Shown: positions 8,829-20,697 of the stretch, in pieces | Layout of the letters: every line of letters begins with the position of its first letter | Numbering within the stretch: position 1 is the stretch's first letter | Assembly: GCA_963747235.1 (NCBI GenBank) | Contig: CAVVEU010000024.1 | Span: forward strand, 320,001 to 384,000 | DNA from: an uncultured Candidatus Rokubacteria bacterium | GTDB taxonomy: Bacteria; Methylomirabilota; Methylomirabilia; Rokubacteriales; CSP1-6 | Reading direction: 5' to 3' | DNA: 64,000 bases | The notes under the pieces: model-generated | The model's input: the letters and a program-made list of their open reading frames with translations, nothing else | Database searches by the model: none | What the model was told of the DNA's origin: nothing | Position numbers and translations under genes: made by a program

Positions 8829-10622
8829 TCAGCTCTTGAGCACCGACAGGAACGCTTCCTGCGGCACCTCGACCTTGCCGACCTGTTTCATCCGCTTCTT
8901 GCCTTCCTTCTGCTTCTCGAGCAGCTTGCGCTTGCGGGTGATGTCGCCGCCGTAGCACTTGGCGGTGACGTTCTTGCCCATGGCCTTGACCGTCTCGCGG
9001 GCGATGACCCGGCTGCCGATCGCGGCCTGGATCGCCACCTCGTAGAGCTGGCGCGGAATCACCGCGCGCAGCTTCTCGGCGAGGGCCTTGCCCTTCTCGT
9101 AGGCCTTCTCGCGGTGGACGATGATGGAGAGCGCGTCCACCGGATCGCCGTTGAGCAGGATGTCGAGCTTGACCATGTCGGAGGCCCGGAACTCCAGGAA
9201 GTCGTAGTCGAAGGAGGCGTAGCCCTTGGAGATGGACTTGAGCCGGTCGTAGAAGTCGATCACGATCTCGCTGAGCGGGAAGTCGAACTGGATGTGGACG
9301 CGCTTGCCCACGTACTCGAGCGACCGGTGCTCGCCCCGCTTCTCCTGGGCGAGCTTGTAGATCTCGCTCATGAACTCGGTGGGCACGAAGATCGAGCCGC
9401 GCACGTAGGGCTCCTCGATGCGCTCGATGCGGTCCACCGGCGGCAGCTTGGAGGGGTTCTCCACCTCGAGCGTCTCGCCCGCCATCGTGATCACCTTGAA
9501 GCGCACGCTGGGGGCGGTGACGATCAGCGAGAGATTGAACTCCCGCTCGAGCCGCTCCTGCACGATCTCGAGGTGCAGCATGCCCAGGAAGCCGCAGCGA
9601 AACCCGTAGCCCAGCGCGAGTGAGGTCTCCGGCTCGAAATTGAACGCGGAGTCGTTGAGGCGCAGCTTCTCCAGCGCGTCGCGGAGGCCCTCGTAGTCGG
9701 TGTCCTCGATCGGGTACAGCCCCGCGAAGACCATGGGCTTGGCGTCGCGGTAGCCGGGGCAGGGCTCCGCGGTCGGGTGGAGCGACGTCGGTGATGGTCT
9801 CGCCGATCTTGGCGTCGGCCACCCGCTTGATCGCGGCGGTGAGGTAGCCGACCTGGCCGGCGGTCAGCTCCTCCACCGGCCGCATGTCGGGGGAGAAGAC
9901 GCCGACCTGCTGGACCTCGAGGGTCTTGCCGTTGGACATGAACAGCACGCGCGAGCCGGCGCGGACGCGCCCGTCGATGAGGCGGATGTACACCACGACG
10001 CCCTGGTAGGAGTCGTAGAACGAGTCGAAGACCAGGGCCTTGAGCGGGCCGTCCACCAGTCGCCCTTGGGCGGCGGCACGCGCGCCACGATCGCCTCGAG
10101 CACCTCCGGCACCCCGGTGCCGTGCTTGGCCGAGATCGCGAGGGCCTCGTCGCCGTCGAGGGTGAGGATCTCGGTGATCTGGTTCCGCGTGGCCTCGACG
10201 TCGGCGGCGGGCAGGTCGATCTTGTTGATGACCGGGATGATCTCGAGGCCGCCGTCGAGCGCCAGGTAGAAGTTGGCCAGGGTCTGCGCCTCGACCCCCT
10301 GGGCGGCGTCCACGATCAGGATCGCCCCTTCACAGGCGGCGAGGGAGCGGGAGACCTCGTAGGAGAAGTCCACGTGGCCGGGGGTGTCGATGAGGTTGAG
10401 CGTGTACTCCTGCCCGTCGCGCGCCTTGTAGAGCAGGCGCACCGCGTGGGCCTTGATGGTGATCCCCCGCTCCTTCTCCAGGTCCATCGAGTCCAGGACC
10501 TGGTCCACCGCCTTCTTGGCGTCCATGGTCCCGGTGAGGGACAGGAGCCGGTCGGCCAGGGTGGACTTGCCGTGGTCGATGTGGGCGATGATGGAGAAAT
10601 TGCGGATCAGATCGATGGCCAT
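8829..10622 (-). CDS. lepA: Translation elongation factor 4 (LepA), in three frames due to indels near 10055 and 9780
   Basis: [64 protein letters not shown]. Confidence 0.95.
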
Positions 10623-10682
10623 CCGGCTAAGAATACCACGCCCTTGCGCGGCCCGTCGGGCCCCGCGGGCGGTCGCGCCGGC

Positions 10683-11741
10683 CTACGTGCGGGTGTTGGG
10701 GGGAACGACGGTGTTGGCCTCCAGGACCGCGGTGAAGCCGAGCTGGGCGTTGGCCCCGATGCGGGCTCCCGTGCCCACGATGCAGTCGCGCAGCACCGCG
10801 CCCGGGCCCACCACCACGTCGTCCCAGAGGATGGCGCCCTCGATCTGAGCACCGGCGCCGACGATGCAGTGGCTGCCGAGCACCGCGTTCGGGCCCACCC
10901 GCGCGCCCGGCTCGACGCGGGTGCCCGCGCCGATCACGCACGGGCCCGTGACCGTCGCGTCCGGGGCCACGCGGGCGCCCGGCGCGATGGCGCGGCCGTC
11001 GGGGGCCGCCCCCGCGGGCGCGAGCGGGCTGGTGACGCGCCCGGCCAGCAGATCGAGCTGGCCCTGGCGGTACTTGGCGGGGCTGCCGATGTCGAGCCAG
11101 TAGTTGCCGGCGACCCAGCCGTAGAACGGCACGCGGTCGCGGAGGAGCCCGGGGAAGGTCTCGCGCTCGATGGACACCGCGCGGCCGGTGGGAATCGCGG
11201 CGACGACCTCGCGGTCCAGCGCGTAGACCCCCGCGTTGACGGTGTCCACCGTCGCCTGGCCGGGCGGCGGCTTCTCCACGAAGCTCCGGATGCGGCCGTC
11301 CGCCTCGAGCTCCACGAGCCCGTACTGGCTCGGATCGGCGACGCGGGTGAGGTAGAGCGTCGCCTGCGAGCGGCGCTCGGCGTGGAAGCGCAGCATCGCG
11401 GAGAGATCGACGTCGGCCAGGATGTCGCCGTTCAGCACGATCACGAGCCCGCGCACGAGGTCCACCGCGTTGCGGATGCCGCCCGCGGTGCCGAGCGGCT
11501 CCGTCTCCACCGCGTAGCGGAGGCGCACCCCGTGGGCCGCGCCGTCGCCCATGATCCGCCGGATCTCGTCCACCATGTACGAGCAGGAGAGGACCACGTC
11601 GGTGATGCCGTGCTGGTGGAGGAGGGCGAGCTGGTAGGCGACGAACGGGATGTTGAGGAGCGGGACGACCGGCTTGGGCGTGGCCAGCGTCAGCGGCCGG
11701 AGCCGGGTGCCCTGACCGCCCGCGAGGATGACCGCGGTTAT
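10683..11741 (-). CDS. NDP-sugar pyrophosphorylase (mannose-1-phosphate guanylyltransferase-like) with hexapeptide-repeat tail
   Basis: Frame extends upstream of the ORF-track start to ITAVILAGGQGTRLRPLTLATPKP; EPLGTAGG, LNGDI, FVEKP, WLDIG. No canonical start codon lies near the N-terminus. Confidence 0.88.
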   Translation of the reverse strand: MTAVILAGGQGTRLRPLTLATPKPVVPLLNIPFVAYQLALLHQHGITDVVLSCSYMVDEIRRIMGDGAAHGVRLRYAVETEPLGTAGGIRNAVDLVRGLVIVLNGDILADVDLSAMLRFHAERRSQATLYLTRVADPSQYGLVELEADGRIRSFVEKPPPGQATVDTVNAGVYALDREVVAAIPTGRAVSIERETFPGLLRDRVPFYGWVAGNYWLDIGSPAKYRQGQLDLLAGRVTSPLAPAGAAPDGRAIAPGARVAPDATVTGPCVIGAGTRVEPGARVGPNAVLGSHCIVGAGAQIEGAILWDDVVVGPGAVLRDCIVGTGARIGANAQLGFTAVLEANTVVPPNTRT

Positions 11742-11911
11742 GTCGTCGGGGCCCAGGGCTCCGCCTCGCTGATCAGCATCACGGGAATGCCGTCGCGCAC
11801 CGGATAGGCCTTGCGGCAGGCGCGGCAGATGATGCGGGTCTCCTCGAAGGTCAGCTCGACGCCCTTGCAGGCGGGGCAGGCCAGGATCGCCCGCAGCTCT
11901 TCGTCGATCAT
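11738..11911 (-). CDS. Trm112-like (UPF0434) small zinc-binding protein
   Basis: [17 protein letters not shown]...CRACRKAYPVRDGIPVMLISEA. Confidence 0.85.
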   Translation of the reverse strand: MIDEELRAILACPACKGVELTFEETRIICRACRKAYPVRDGIPVMLISEAEPWAPTT

Positions 11912-12834
11912 GGCGCGATCTCCTTTTTGAAGAAGCCGAAGGTGCGGCGGAGGCCTTCCGCGAGGGACACGGTGGGTTTCCAGCCGAGCGCGCGTGCGGC
12001 CAGCGCGGGGGAGAGACAGCTCCGGCGCTGCTCGCCCGGCCGGGCGGGCGCGTGCTGCGCCTCGATCGTGGAGCCGGCGGCCTGCACCAGCCCCTGGTAG
12101 AGGTCGTTCACCGACGTCTCGATCCCGGTGCAGATGTTGACGCCGCCGATGGCCTCGGGATGCTCGAGCGCCTTCACGTTGGCGGCGGCCACGTCCTCCA
12201 CGTAGGTGTAGTCGCGGGTCTGGCCGCCGTCGCCGTTGATGATGGGCGCCTGGCCGGTCAGCAGCCGGTGGCAGAAGATGGCGATCACGCCCGCCTCGCC
12301 CTGCGGGTTCTGGCGCGGCCCGTAGATGTTGGCGTAGCGCAGCGAGATGCCGCTGATGCCGTAGATGCCGTTCCACGCGCTGACGTACTGCTCCACCGCG
12401 ACCTTGGTGATGCCGTAGGGCGAGATCGGGAGGCTGGGGTGGCTCTCCGGCGTGGGGATGACGTCGGTGTCCCCGTAGCCCGCGCCTCCGCTGGAGGAGT
12501 AGATCACGCGGCGGACGCCGGTGGCGCCGGCAGCACTCGAGCAGCCCGACGCCGCCGCCGATGTTCACGCTGGCGTCGAACACCGGATCGGTCACCGAGC
12601 GGCCCACCGACGCCTGCGCGGCCAGGTGGGCCACCACGTCCGGCCGCTCCGTCTCGAAGACGCGCCCGAGGCGCGCGCTGCGGAGGTCCACCTCGTGGAA
12701 GCGGGCGCGCGGGTTGATCCAGCGCGCGTCGCCGGTGGTGAGGTTGTCCACCACCGCCACGTCGTGGCCCGCGGCCAGGAAGGCGTCCACCACGTGCGAG
12801 CCGATGAAGCCCGCCCCGCCCGTGACGAGGATCT

Positions 12835-12838
<4 letters not shown>
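11908..12838 (-). CDS. UDP-glucose 4-epimerase-like NAD-dependent epimerase (frameshift near 12520)
   Basis: [48 protein letters not shown]. Confidence 0.88.
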
Positions 12839-13770
<932 letters not shown>

Positions 13771-13781
13771 CGGCGCGACCC

Positions 13782-15092
13782 TCAGCCCGCCAGCACGGGC
13801 TTGCGCCCGATCGAGTAGTACTCGAAGCCGAGCCGGCGCATGCGCTCGGGCTCGTAGAGGTTGCGGGCGTCGAAGATCAGCCGGTGCCGCAGCAGCCCGC
13901 GCAGGCGGTCGAGGTTCAGGTACTTGAACTCGTTCCACTCGGTGAGCAGGGCCACCCCGTCCGCGCCCGCGGCCGCCTCGTAGGCCGACTCGCAGAAGGT
14001 CACCCCCGCCGGCATCAGCGGTCTCGCGTTGTCCATCGCCACCGGGTCGTAGGCGCGCACCTGGGCCCCCGCCGCGTGGAGCAGTCGGATCACCTCGAGG
14101 CTCTTGGCCTCGCGCATGTCGTCGGTGTTGGGCTTGAAGGCCAGTCCGAGGACCGCGATGGTCTTGTCCTCGAGGTCGCCCATCGCCTTGCGCATCATGT
14201 CCACCAGGTGGGCGGCGCGCTCCTTGTTGATCTCCACCACCGAGCGCAGCAGCTTGAAGTCGTAGCCGAAGCGGGAGGCGGTGTGGATGAGGGAGTCCAC
14301 GTCCTTGGGGAAGCAGGAGCCGCCGTAGCCGAGGCCGGCCTGGAGGAACTGCATCCCGATGCGCGAGTCGAGGCCCATGCCCTTCATCACCTGGCTCACG
14401 TCGGCGCCCGCGTTCTCGCAGATGTTGGCGATCGCGTTGATGAAGGAGATCTTGGCGGCCAGGAAGGCGTTGGAGGCGTACTTGATCACCTCCGCCGACG
14501 GCAGGTCGGTGATGATCATGGGCCGCTCGAGCGGAGCGTAGAGCTCCACCAGGGTCATCGCGACCTGCTGGTTGGGCGCGCCGATCACGATCCGGTCGGG
14601 CCGCAGGGTGTCCTCGATCGCGGAGCCCTCGCGCAGGAACTCGGGATTGGAGACCACGTCGAAGTCGATGGGGCGCGGCTGGTGCCGGGTGATGACTTCC
14701 CGGACGAACTCGCCGGTGCCGACCGGGACGGTGGACTTGTTGACGACCACCTTGTAGCGGTCCATCGAGCGGCCGATCTGGGTGGCGACCGCCTCCACGT
14801 GGGAGAGATCGGTCTCGCCGGTGTCCTTCGGGGGCGTGCCCACCGCGATGAAGATCACGTCGGCCTGGCGGACCCCGCCGGGGAGGTCGGTGGTGAAGCT
14901 GAGGCGCCCGTCGTCCTTGTTCCGGACCACCATCTCCTCGAGGCCCGGCTCGTAGATCGGCATCTGGCCGGCCCGGAGGGCCTCGATCTTCTTCTGATCG
15001 TTGTCCACGCAGACCACGTCGTTGCCGAGATCGGCGAAGACCGCGCCGGTCACCAGGCCCACGTAGCCCGTTCCCACCACGCAGATGTTCAT
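13782..15092 (-). CDS. ugd: UDP-glucose 6-dehydrogenase
   Basis: [45 protein letters not shown]. Confidence 0.95.
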   Translation of the reverse strand: MNICVVGTGYVGLVTGAVFADLGNDVVCVDNDQKKIEALRAGQMPIYEPGLEEMVVRNKDDGRLSFTTDLPGGVRQADVIFIAVGTPPKDTGETDLSHVEAVATQIGRSMDRYKVVVNKSTVPVGTGEFVREVITRHQPRPIDFDVVSNPEFLREGSAIEDTLRPDRIVIGAPNQQVAMTLVELYAPLERPMIITDLPSAEVIKYASNAFLAAKISFINAIANICENAGADVSQVMKGMGLDSRIGMQFLQAGLGYGGSCFPKDVDSLIHTASRFGYDFKLLRSVVEINKERAAHLVDMMRKAMGDLEDKTIAVLGLAFKPNTDDMREAKSLEVIRLLHAAGAQVRAYDPVAMDNARPLMPAGVTFCESAYEAAAGADGVALLTEWNEFKYLNLDRLRGLLRHRLIFDARNLYEPERMRRLGFEYYSIGRKPVLAG

Positions 15093-15119
15093 TCGGTCAG
15101 GCCTCCAGACGGGGATCTC

Positions 15120-15130
15120 AGAGTAACAGA
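15120..15130 (-). promoter_or_regulatory. Extended -10 promoter of the ugd operon
   Basis: Minus strand TCTGTTACTCT (TGn-TACTCT), followed by a GGAGG SD and the ugd ATG. Confidence 0.5.
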
Positions 15131-15167
15131 CAACCGCCCAACCGTGCTACCGACGCCCGCCCTGCCG

Positions 15168-16106
15168 CTACGACAGGGCGTGGCGGACCAGGCGCTCCCC
15201 CACCATGACGAGAAACAGCAGGAGAAGGAAGAAGTTCGAGAAGAGGAAGAGGGAGAGCCACCCGCGCTGGTCGTCCGGCTGCCGCGCGAACTTGGCGGCC
15301 AGCCAGATCAGGCGGCCGCCCAGCGCGGCGGCCGCGACCAGGGCGGCCGGGCCGCCCACGCCGAAGGTGGGCGCGGCCAGCGCCCAGGCGGTGAGGCCGA
15401 GGGCGTAGAGCTGGATGAGCCGGGCGGTGCCCTCCACGCCCACCCGCTCCGAGACCATCGGGAAGCCGCCCGCCGCGTAGTCGGCCCGGTAGCGGAGGGC
15501 CAGCGCCCAGAAGTGGGGCATCTGCCACAGGAACAGGATCCCGAAGAGGATCACCGCGCCCGCGTCGGTGAGGCGGCCGCCACCCGCCACCCAGCCGATC
15601 ACCGGCGGGATGGCGCCCGGGATGGCCCCCGGTACCGCCGCGAAGGGCGAGTTCGGCTTGAGCCAGGGCGTGTAGACGCCGTTGTAGAAGCCGCTCGCGA
15701 TCAGGCCCAGGATGCCCGCCATGGGCCCGACCCCGAGCCACAGCACGGCCGCGCCCGCCGCGATGGCCACGATGGAGAAGGCGAGCCCCTGGGCGTGCGA
15801 GAGCCGACCCGAGGGCAGCGGGCGCCCCGCGGTGCGGGCCATCAGGCCGTCCCGGCCGCGCTCCTGGACCTGGTTCAGCGCGGAGGCGCCGCAGGACAGC
15901 AGCATCACGCCGGCCAGCACCAGCAGGCCCTGCGGCCACGGGAACTCGGGTCCCAGGGGAGCGCTCAGCATGAAGCCGGCGCCCGCGGAGACCAGCACCA
16001 GGAGCACGATCCCGAACTTCGAGAGCTCGGCGTAGGCGCCGATCCGCTCGGTCAGGCCGAGCGTTCCGATGCCGCGCGAGGCGGCGGTCGCGGTCCTAGG
16101 CGGCAT
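15168..16106 (-). CDS. ctaB: Protoheme IX farnesyltransferase (heme O synthase)
   Basis: ELSK, LNQVQERGRDGLMARTAGRPLPSG, YTPWLK, GAIPGAIPP, WQMPHFWALA, DYAAGGFPM. Confidence 0.93.
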   Translation of the reverse strand: MPPRTATAASRGIGTLGLTERIGAYAELSKFGIVLLVLVSAGAGFMLSAPLGPEFPWPQGLLVLAGVMLLSCGASALNQVQERGRDGLMARTAGRPLPSGRLSHAQGLAFSIVAIAAGAAVLWLGVGPMAGILGLIASGFYNGVYTPWLKPNSPFAAVPGAIPGAIPPVIGWVAGGGRLTDAGAVILFGILFLWQMPHFWALALRYRADYAAGGFPMVSERVGVEGTARLIQLYALGLTAWALAAPTFGVGGPAALVAAAALGGRLIWLAAKFARQPDDQRGWLSLFLFSNFFLLLLFLVMVGERLVRHALS

Positions 16107-16986
16107 GCGCGGCCTTCCGGGTCGCGCCCGGCCGGGCGGGCGCCGCGAGACTTCCGCGCCAGCACCCCGCCTCGACGCTCACCCAGACGAGCACCGCCCA
16201 GATCGAGTACCCGACGGCGGCGTGGGCCGCCCGCACGACCGGGGTGAGCTGGAGCAGCACCGTGGCGATGCCGAGGGCGACCTGCAGCACCGCGAGCGCG
16301 GCGACCAGGCGCGTGGCCGTGGTCCGGCCCGCCGACCGCCACGTGAATGAACAGGCCCAGCAGGAGCACGCCGAGCCAGCGATGGACCCAGTGCACGCCG
16401 GCCAGCCACTGCGTGGGCAGGAGATCGCCGCTGCAGAGCGGGAAGTCGGGGCAGGCGAGGCCCGCCCCCGAATGCCGCACGTAGCCGCCCAGCGCGAGCT
16501 GGACGAGGAGCACGATCAGCCCCACGCGGGCCAGCCGCCGCAGGCGGTCGTCGCCGGCCGCGCGCGGGCGGCCGCGGCCTGGAGCCCCCGGGCCAGCACG
16601 ATGAGGCCGGCCAGGATCAGGAGCGCGTTGACCAGGTGCGCGGTGCTGATCAGGTGGGGGAGCTTGAGCAGCACCGTGATGCCGCCGAGCGCGATCTGCA
16701 CCGCGAGCAGGGCGGGCAGCAGCCAGGCGAGGCGCCGCAGCCCCGGCGCGCGCGTCCCGCGCAGGGTCAGCACGGTGGTGGCCACGATCAGCACGGTGGC
16801 GGCCAGCGCGGCGAGGCGGTGGCTGTACTCGATCAGCACGTCGAGCCGGAGCGGCGGGATCACCGAGCCGTGGCAGAGCGGCCAGTCCGGGCACGCGAGC
16901 CCGGAGCCGGTGGCGCTCACCACGTTGCCGAGCGTCATCAGGAAGAAGACCGCGACCACCGCGGCCCAGGCGAGCCTAGCGGCCAT
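16096..16986 (-). CDS. ctaA: Heme A synthase (COX15/CtaA), with indels
   Basis: GSGLACPDWPLCHG, IEYSHR, STAHL; second half GAGLACPDFPLC, HWVHR, AAHA; split over three frames. Confidence 0.88.
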
Positions 16987-17842
16987 GGCGCGCCCCGGCC
17001 AGGGGCACCGCCGCGTCGTCGCCGCCCGCGCTCTGCCAGCGGAAGAAGACGACGGAGAGGGCGACGAGGAAGACCATGCCCCCGGGGATCCACATGATGA
17101 GCCCACCCAGGTGCTGGTCGGCGCGCGGGGTGAGCTGCGGCCAGATCCGCGGGGCGGCCGCGTAGTACGGATAGAGCAGGCCGTCGGCCATCGAGATGAA
17201 GATGGCCACCATCACCATCGGCAGGCCCACCACGAAGAGGTAGAGCATCTGGATCGGGTAGGGCGCGCGGGGCAGCTCGTCGAGCGGGGAGAGCACCGGC
17301 CACCACAGGATGACGGAGCCGGCCATCATCAGGAGGTGCCCCACGACGTGGAAGGGGTGCTGCTCCATGGCCAGATTGTAGATTGGCGGCAGGTGCCACG
17401 CGATCAGGATCACGTTGAAGGTCGCGAACGATCCGGTCGGCCGGGTCAGCGCGCGGCCGAGCTCGAGTAGCTTGGCGTCCCGCAGGAGCGGGCGCAGCAT
17501 CCATCCCGGGGTGCCGTAGAGCAGCAGCGGCGGCATCGCGAAGACCAGCAGCATGTGCTGGACCATGTGCGCGCTGAAGAGGTAGTAGTCCGAGAGATCG
17601 TGGAGGGGCCCGGTGAGCGCGCCGAAGAGCACGAGCAGCGCCCCGCCGAACGAGGCCACCTTGAGCGGCTCCACCCGGGCCTCGGGGGCGAGCCGTCGCC
17701 GCCACAGGATCGCCGCGGTGTAGGCCGCGCCCAGGACGACGAGGCCCGTGACGACGCCGGGATCGGCCTGCCAGGAGGTCCAGTCGAAGCCCTCGGGTCC
17801 GAGGGGAGGCGGCCCCGCGGGTCCGGGTCCTACGTGCGCCAT
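16976..17842 (-). CDS. ctaG: caa3-type cytochrome c oxidase assembly protein (Caa3_CtaG)
   Basis: LFSAHMVQHMLL..PPLLL, WHLP, DQHLGGLIMWIPG. Confidence 0.88.
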   Translation of the reverse strand: MAHVGPGPAGPPPLGPEGFDWTSWQADPGVVTGLVVLGAAYTAAILWRRRLAPEARVEPLKVASFGGALLVLFGALTGPLHDLSDYYLFSAHMVQHMLLVFAMPPLLLYGTPGWMLRPLLRDAKLLELGRALTRPTGSFATFNVILIAWHLPPIYNLAMEQHPFHVVGHLLMMAGSVILWWPVLSPLDELPRAPYPIQMLYLFVVGLPMVMVAIFISMADGLLYPYYAAAPRIWPQLTPRADQHLGGLIMWIPGGMVFLVALSVVFFRWQSAGGDDAAVPLAGARHGR

Positions 17843-17844
17843 CG

Positions 17845-18183
17845 CTAGTGCGGTCGGGGCAGCAGCAGGAAGGCGCTGAAGAGCGCCATGACGGCCAGGA
17901 TGATGGCGATGGCGATGACGAGCGGTCCCACGAAGAGCGCCCGCATGATCCGGTGGTCGTACTTGAGATGCATGAAGAACCCGACGACCAGGTAGAACTT
18001 GACCGCGGACATCGCGAGCAGGCTGATCACCAGGACCGGGTTCGGGATCCCCGGGACGTAGAGGGTCGCCACCTCGACGCCGGTGATGATGGCCAGCGCG
18101 ACGGCCACCTGGATGTACGTCTTGACGGTGGCGTGCCCGCCCCCTCCTCCGTGCGTCGCGGCAGTGGTGCCGTGATCGGCCAT
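17845..18183 (-). CDS. ctaF: Cytochrome c oxidase subunit IV
   Basis: LAIITGVEV, KFYLVVGFFMHLKYD; operon position. Confidence 0.88.
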   Translation of the reverse strand: MADHGTTAATHGGGGGHATVKTYIQVAVALAIITGVEVATLYVPGIPNPVLVISLLAMSAVKFYLVVGFFMHLKYDHRIMRALFVGPLVIAIAIILAVMALFSAFLLLPRPH

Positions 18184-18193
18184 GTCGCGGCTC

Positions 18194-18811
18194 CTAGGGG
18201 ATGAGGTAGATGATGGTGAAGATCGCGATCCACACGATGTCCACGAAGTGCCAGTAGAGACCGGCGATCTCGACCTTGGTGTAGTCGCGCCGGTCGAGCT
18301 TGCCCCGCCACGCGAGCGAGACCAGCATCAGGAGCCAGATGACTCCGCCGGTGACGTGCGCGCCGTGGAAGCCGGTGAGCACGAAGAAGGTGGAGCCGAA
18401 CAGGCTCGTCCCGAGCGTCAGGTCGTGGTGGTAGACGAAGGTCCAGAACTCGTAGACCTGGTTCAGCACGAAGTGCAGGCCCATCGCGGCGGTGGCCAGC
18501 AGCCAGCGCGCGGCCACCTTCACCCGGTTGTCCTGCAGGGCGGCCAGGGCCAGCACCATGGTCAGCGACGAGGCGAGCAGCAGGGCCGCGCTGTAGGACG
18601 TGAGCGGGATGTCGAACACGTCGTGCGGCGTCGGCCCCGAGATGGACTTGCCCTTGTAGGCCAGGTAGGTCCCGATCAGGGACCCGAAGAACATGCAGTC
18701 CGAGCCGAGGAAGGCCCACATGCCCATCTTGCGATGGTCGAGCCCGGTGTTGCCGATGTTCGGATCGTGAACCGCGTGAACGACGGCGTGGGTCGCGGCA
18801 TGATCGGCCAC
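18194..18811 (-). CDS. ctaE: Cytochrome c oxidase subunit III
   Basis: MGMWAFLGSDCMFFG, FFVLTGFHGAHV, GLYWHFVDIVW. Confidence 0.94.
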   Translation of the reverse strand: MADHAATHAVVHAVHDPNIGNTGLDHRKMGMWAFLGSDCMFFGSLIGTYLAYKGKSISGPTPHDVFDIPLTSYSAALLLASSLTMVLALAALQDNRVKVAARWLLATAAMGLHFVLNQVYEFWTFVYHHDLTLGTSLFGSTFFVLTGFHGAHVTGGVIWLLMLVSLAWRGKLDRRDYTKVEIAGLYWHFVDIVWIAIFTIIYLIP

Positions 18812-18821
18812 GGGGGCTCTC

Positions 18822-20687
18822 CTAGTGTCCGTGCCCGTCGGCGGGGCGATGGTGTTCCATGGCGAACTTGTACATCAGGAACAGGGTGAGCAGGCCGCCC
18901 ACGATGACCTGGTACCTGCTGATGAGCAGGCCCGAGATCATCATCGCCATCGCGAGGGCGAGCAGGATCGGCCAGTACGAGCTGGGCGGCATGTGGATGG
19001 CCGCGATCTCGGCCGCGGTCACCGGGGCCGGCTTGGGCCGCGGGGCGCCCCCGTGCCCGTCCCCGTACTTCTGCAGCCACAGGTCGTCACGGTCCTGCAC
19101 CTCGGGCACGCGCGCGAAGTTGTAGATCGGGGGCGGCGACGGGATCGCCCACTCGAGCGTGCGCCCGTCCCACGGATCGGCGCTCGCGACCTTGCCGGAC
19201 CGCGTGGTCTTGATCACGTTCGCGATGAACACGAGCAGGGACAGCGCGATCGTGAAGGCCCCGATGGTGGAGACCATGTTCCAGAAGTTCCAGCCGAGGT
19301 CTCCCGCGTAGGTGTAGATGCGCCGGGGCATGCCGATCAGGCCGAGGTAGTGCTGGGGGAAGAAGGTGACGTTGAAGCCGAGCATCATCAGCCAGAAGTG
19401 CACCTTGCCGAGCCGCTCGTCGAGCAGCTTGCCGGTGATCTTCGGCCACCAGTAGTAGGCGCCCGAGAAGAGCCCGAAGATCGAGCCGCCGAAGAGCACG
19501 TAGTGGAAGTGGGCCACCACGAAGTAGGTGTCGGTCTGCTGCAGGTCCACCGGGGGCGAGGCGTGCATGACGCCGGAGAGGCCGCCCATCGTGAACATGG
19601 CGATGAAGCCGAGCGAGAAGTAGAGCGGGGTCTGGAAGCGGATGGAGCCGCCCCACAGGGTGCAGAGCCAGTTGAGGATCTTCACCCCGGTGGGCACCGC
19701 GATCAGCATGGTGGTGATGGAGAAGGCGGCGTCGGCCACCGGGCCCATGCCGACCGAGAACATGTGGTGGCTCCACACCCCGAAGCCGAAGAAGCCGATG
19801 GTGATGCCGGAGTAGATGACGACCGGCGCGCCGAAGAGCGGCTTGCGCGCGAAGGTGGGCAGCACCTCCGAGACGATGCCCATCGCGGGGAGGATCAGGA
19901 TGTAGACCTCGGGGTGGCCGAAGATCCAGAAGAGGTGCTGCCAGAGCAGGGGATCGCCGCCCGCGGCGGGGGAGTAGAAGAGCGTGCCGAAGAAGCGGTC
20001 GAACATGAGGAGGATGAGCGCCACCGTGATGGCCGGGAAGGCGAGCACGATGAGGAACTGGGTCACGAAGCTCATCCAGATGAACACCGGCATCCGCATC
20101 AGGGTCATGCCGGGCGCCCGCATGTTGATGATCGTCACCAGGAAGTTGAAGCCCGCGAGCATGGACGAGATGCCGAGGATCTGCAGGCCGAGCATCCAGA
20201 AGTCGATGGAGTGGGTCGGCGAGAACTGGTGCGAGGTCAGGTTGGCGTAGCCGAACCAGCCGCCGTCCGGCACCGCCTGGGCCAGGAAGCTCACGTGCAG
20301 GAGGAGCCCGCCGGAGAGGAAGATCCAGTAGGAGAGCGCGTTCAGGCGCGGGAAGGCCACGTCGCGCGCCCCGATCATGAGCGGGATCATGTAATTGAAG
20401 AACGCCGCGCTCATCGGCATGATCGCGAGGAACACCATGGTGGTGCCGTGCATGGTGAACAGCTCGTTGAAGGTCTGCGCGCTCACCAGGGTGTTGTCCG
20501 GCCGGGCGAGCTGCAGGCGCATGATCAGCGCCTCGATCCCCCCGATCAGGAAGAAGATGAACGCGCTCGAGCCGTAGAGGATGCCGATCCGCTTGTGATC
20601 GACGGTGGTGAGCCAGGACGCGACGATCCCCCAGAACGTGGGGACCTCCACCTTCGCGCCCGGCATGAATGCCGCGTGAGTCGCCAT
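18822..20687 (-). CDS. ctaD: Cytochrome c oxidase subunit I (A1 type)
   Basis: TVDHKRIG, TMHGT, WIFGHPEVY, VWSHHMF, AHFHYV, GMPRR. Confidence 0.97.
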   Translation of the reverse strand: MATHAAFMPGAKVEVPTFWGIVASWLTTVDHKRIGILYGSSAFIFFLIGGIEALIMRLQLARPDNTLVSAQTFNELFTMHGTTMVFLAIMPMSAAFFNYMIPLMIGARDVAFPRLNALSYWIFLSGGLLLHVSFLAQAVPDGGWFGYANLTSHQFSPTHSIDFWMLGLQILGISSMLAGFNFLVTIINMRAPGMTLMRMPVFIWMSFVTQFLIVLAFPAITVALILLMFDRFFGTLFYSPAAGGDPLLWQHLFWIFGHPEVYILILPAMGIVSEVLPTFARKPLFGAPVVIYSGITIGFFGFGVWSHHMFSVGMGPVADAAFSITTMLIAVPTGVKILNWLCTLWGGSIRFQTPLYFSLGFIAMFTMGGLSGVMHASPPVDLQQTDTYFVVAHFHYVLFGGSIFGLFSGAYYWWPKITGKLLDERLGKVHFWLMMLGFNVTFFPQHYLGLIGMPRRIYTYAGDLGWNFWNMVSTIGAFTIALSLLVFIANVIKTTRSGKVASADPWDGRTLEWAIPSPPPIYNFARVPEVQDRDDLWLQKYGDGHGGAPRPKPAPVTAAEIAAIHMPPSSYWPILLALAMAMMISGLLISRYQVIVGGLLTLFLMYKFAMEHHRPADGHGH

Positions 20688-20697
20688 GGGCGTCTCC

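Noticed and set aside
8829-10622. Programmed ribosomal frameshifting in lepA, clpB or coxB
   Set aside because: No slippery heptamers or stimulatory structures; the breaks are numerous and random, which fits sequencing error.
15143-15156. ops/JUMPstart-like GTCGGTAGCACG upstream of ugd
   Set aside because: It mismatches GGCGGTAGnnTG and lies upstream of the likely -10, so it would not be in that transcript.
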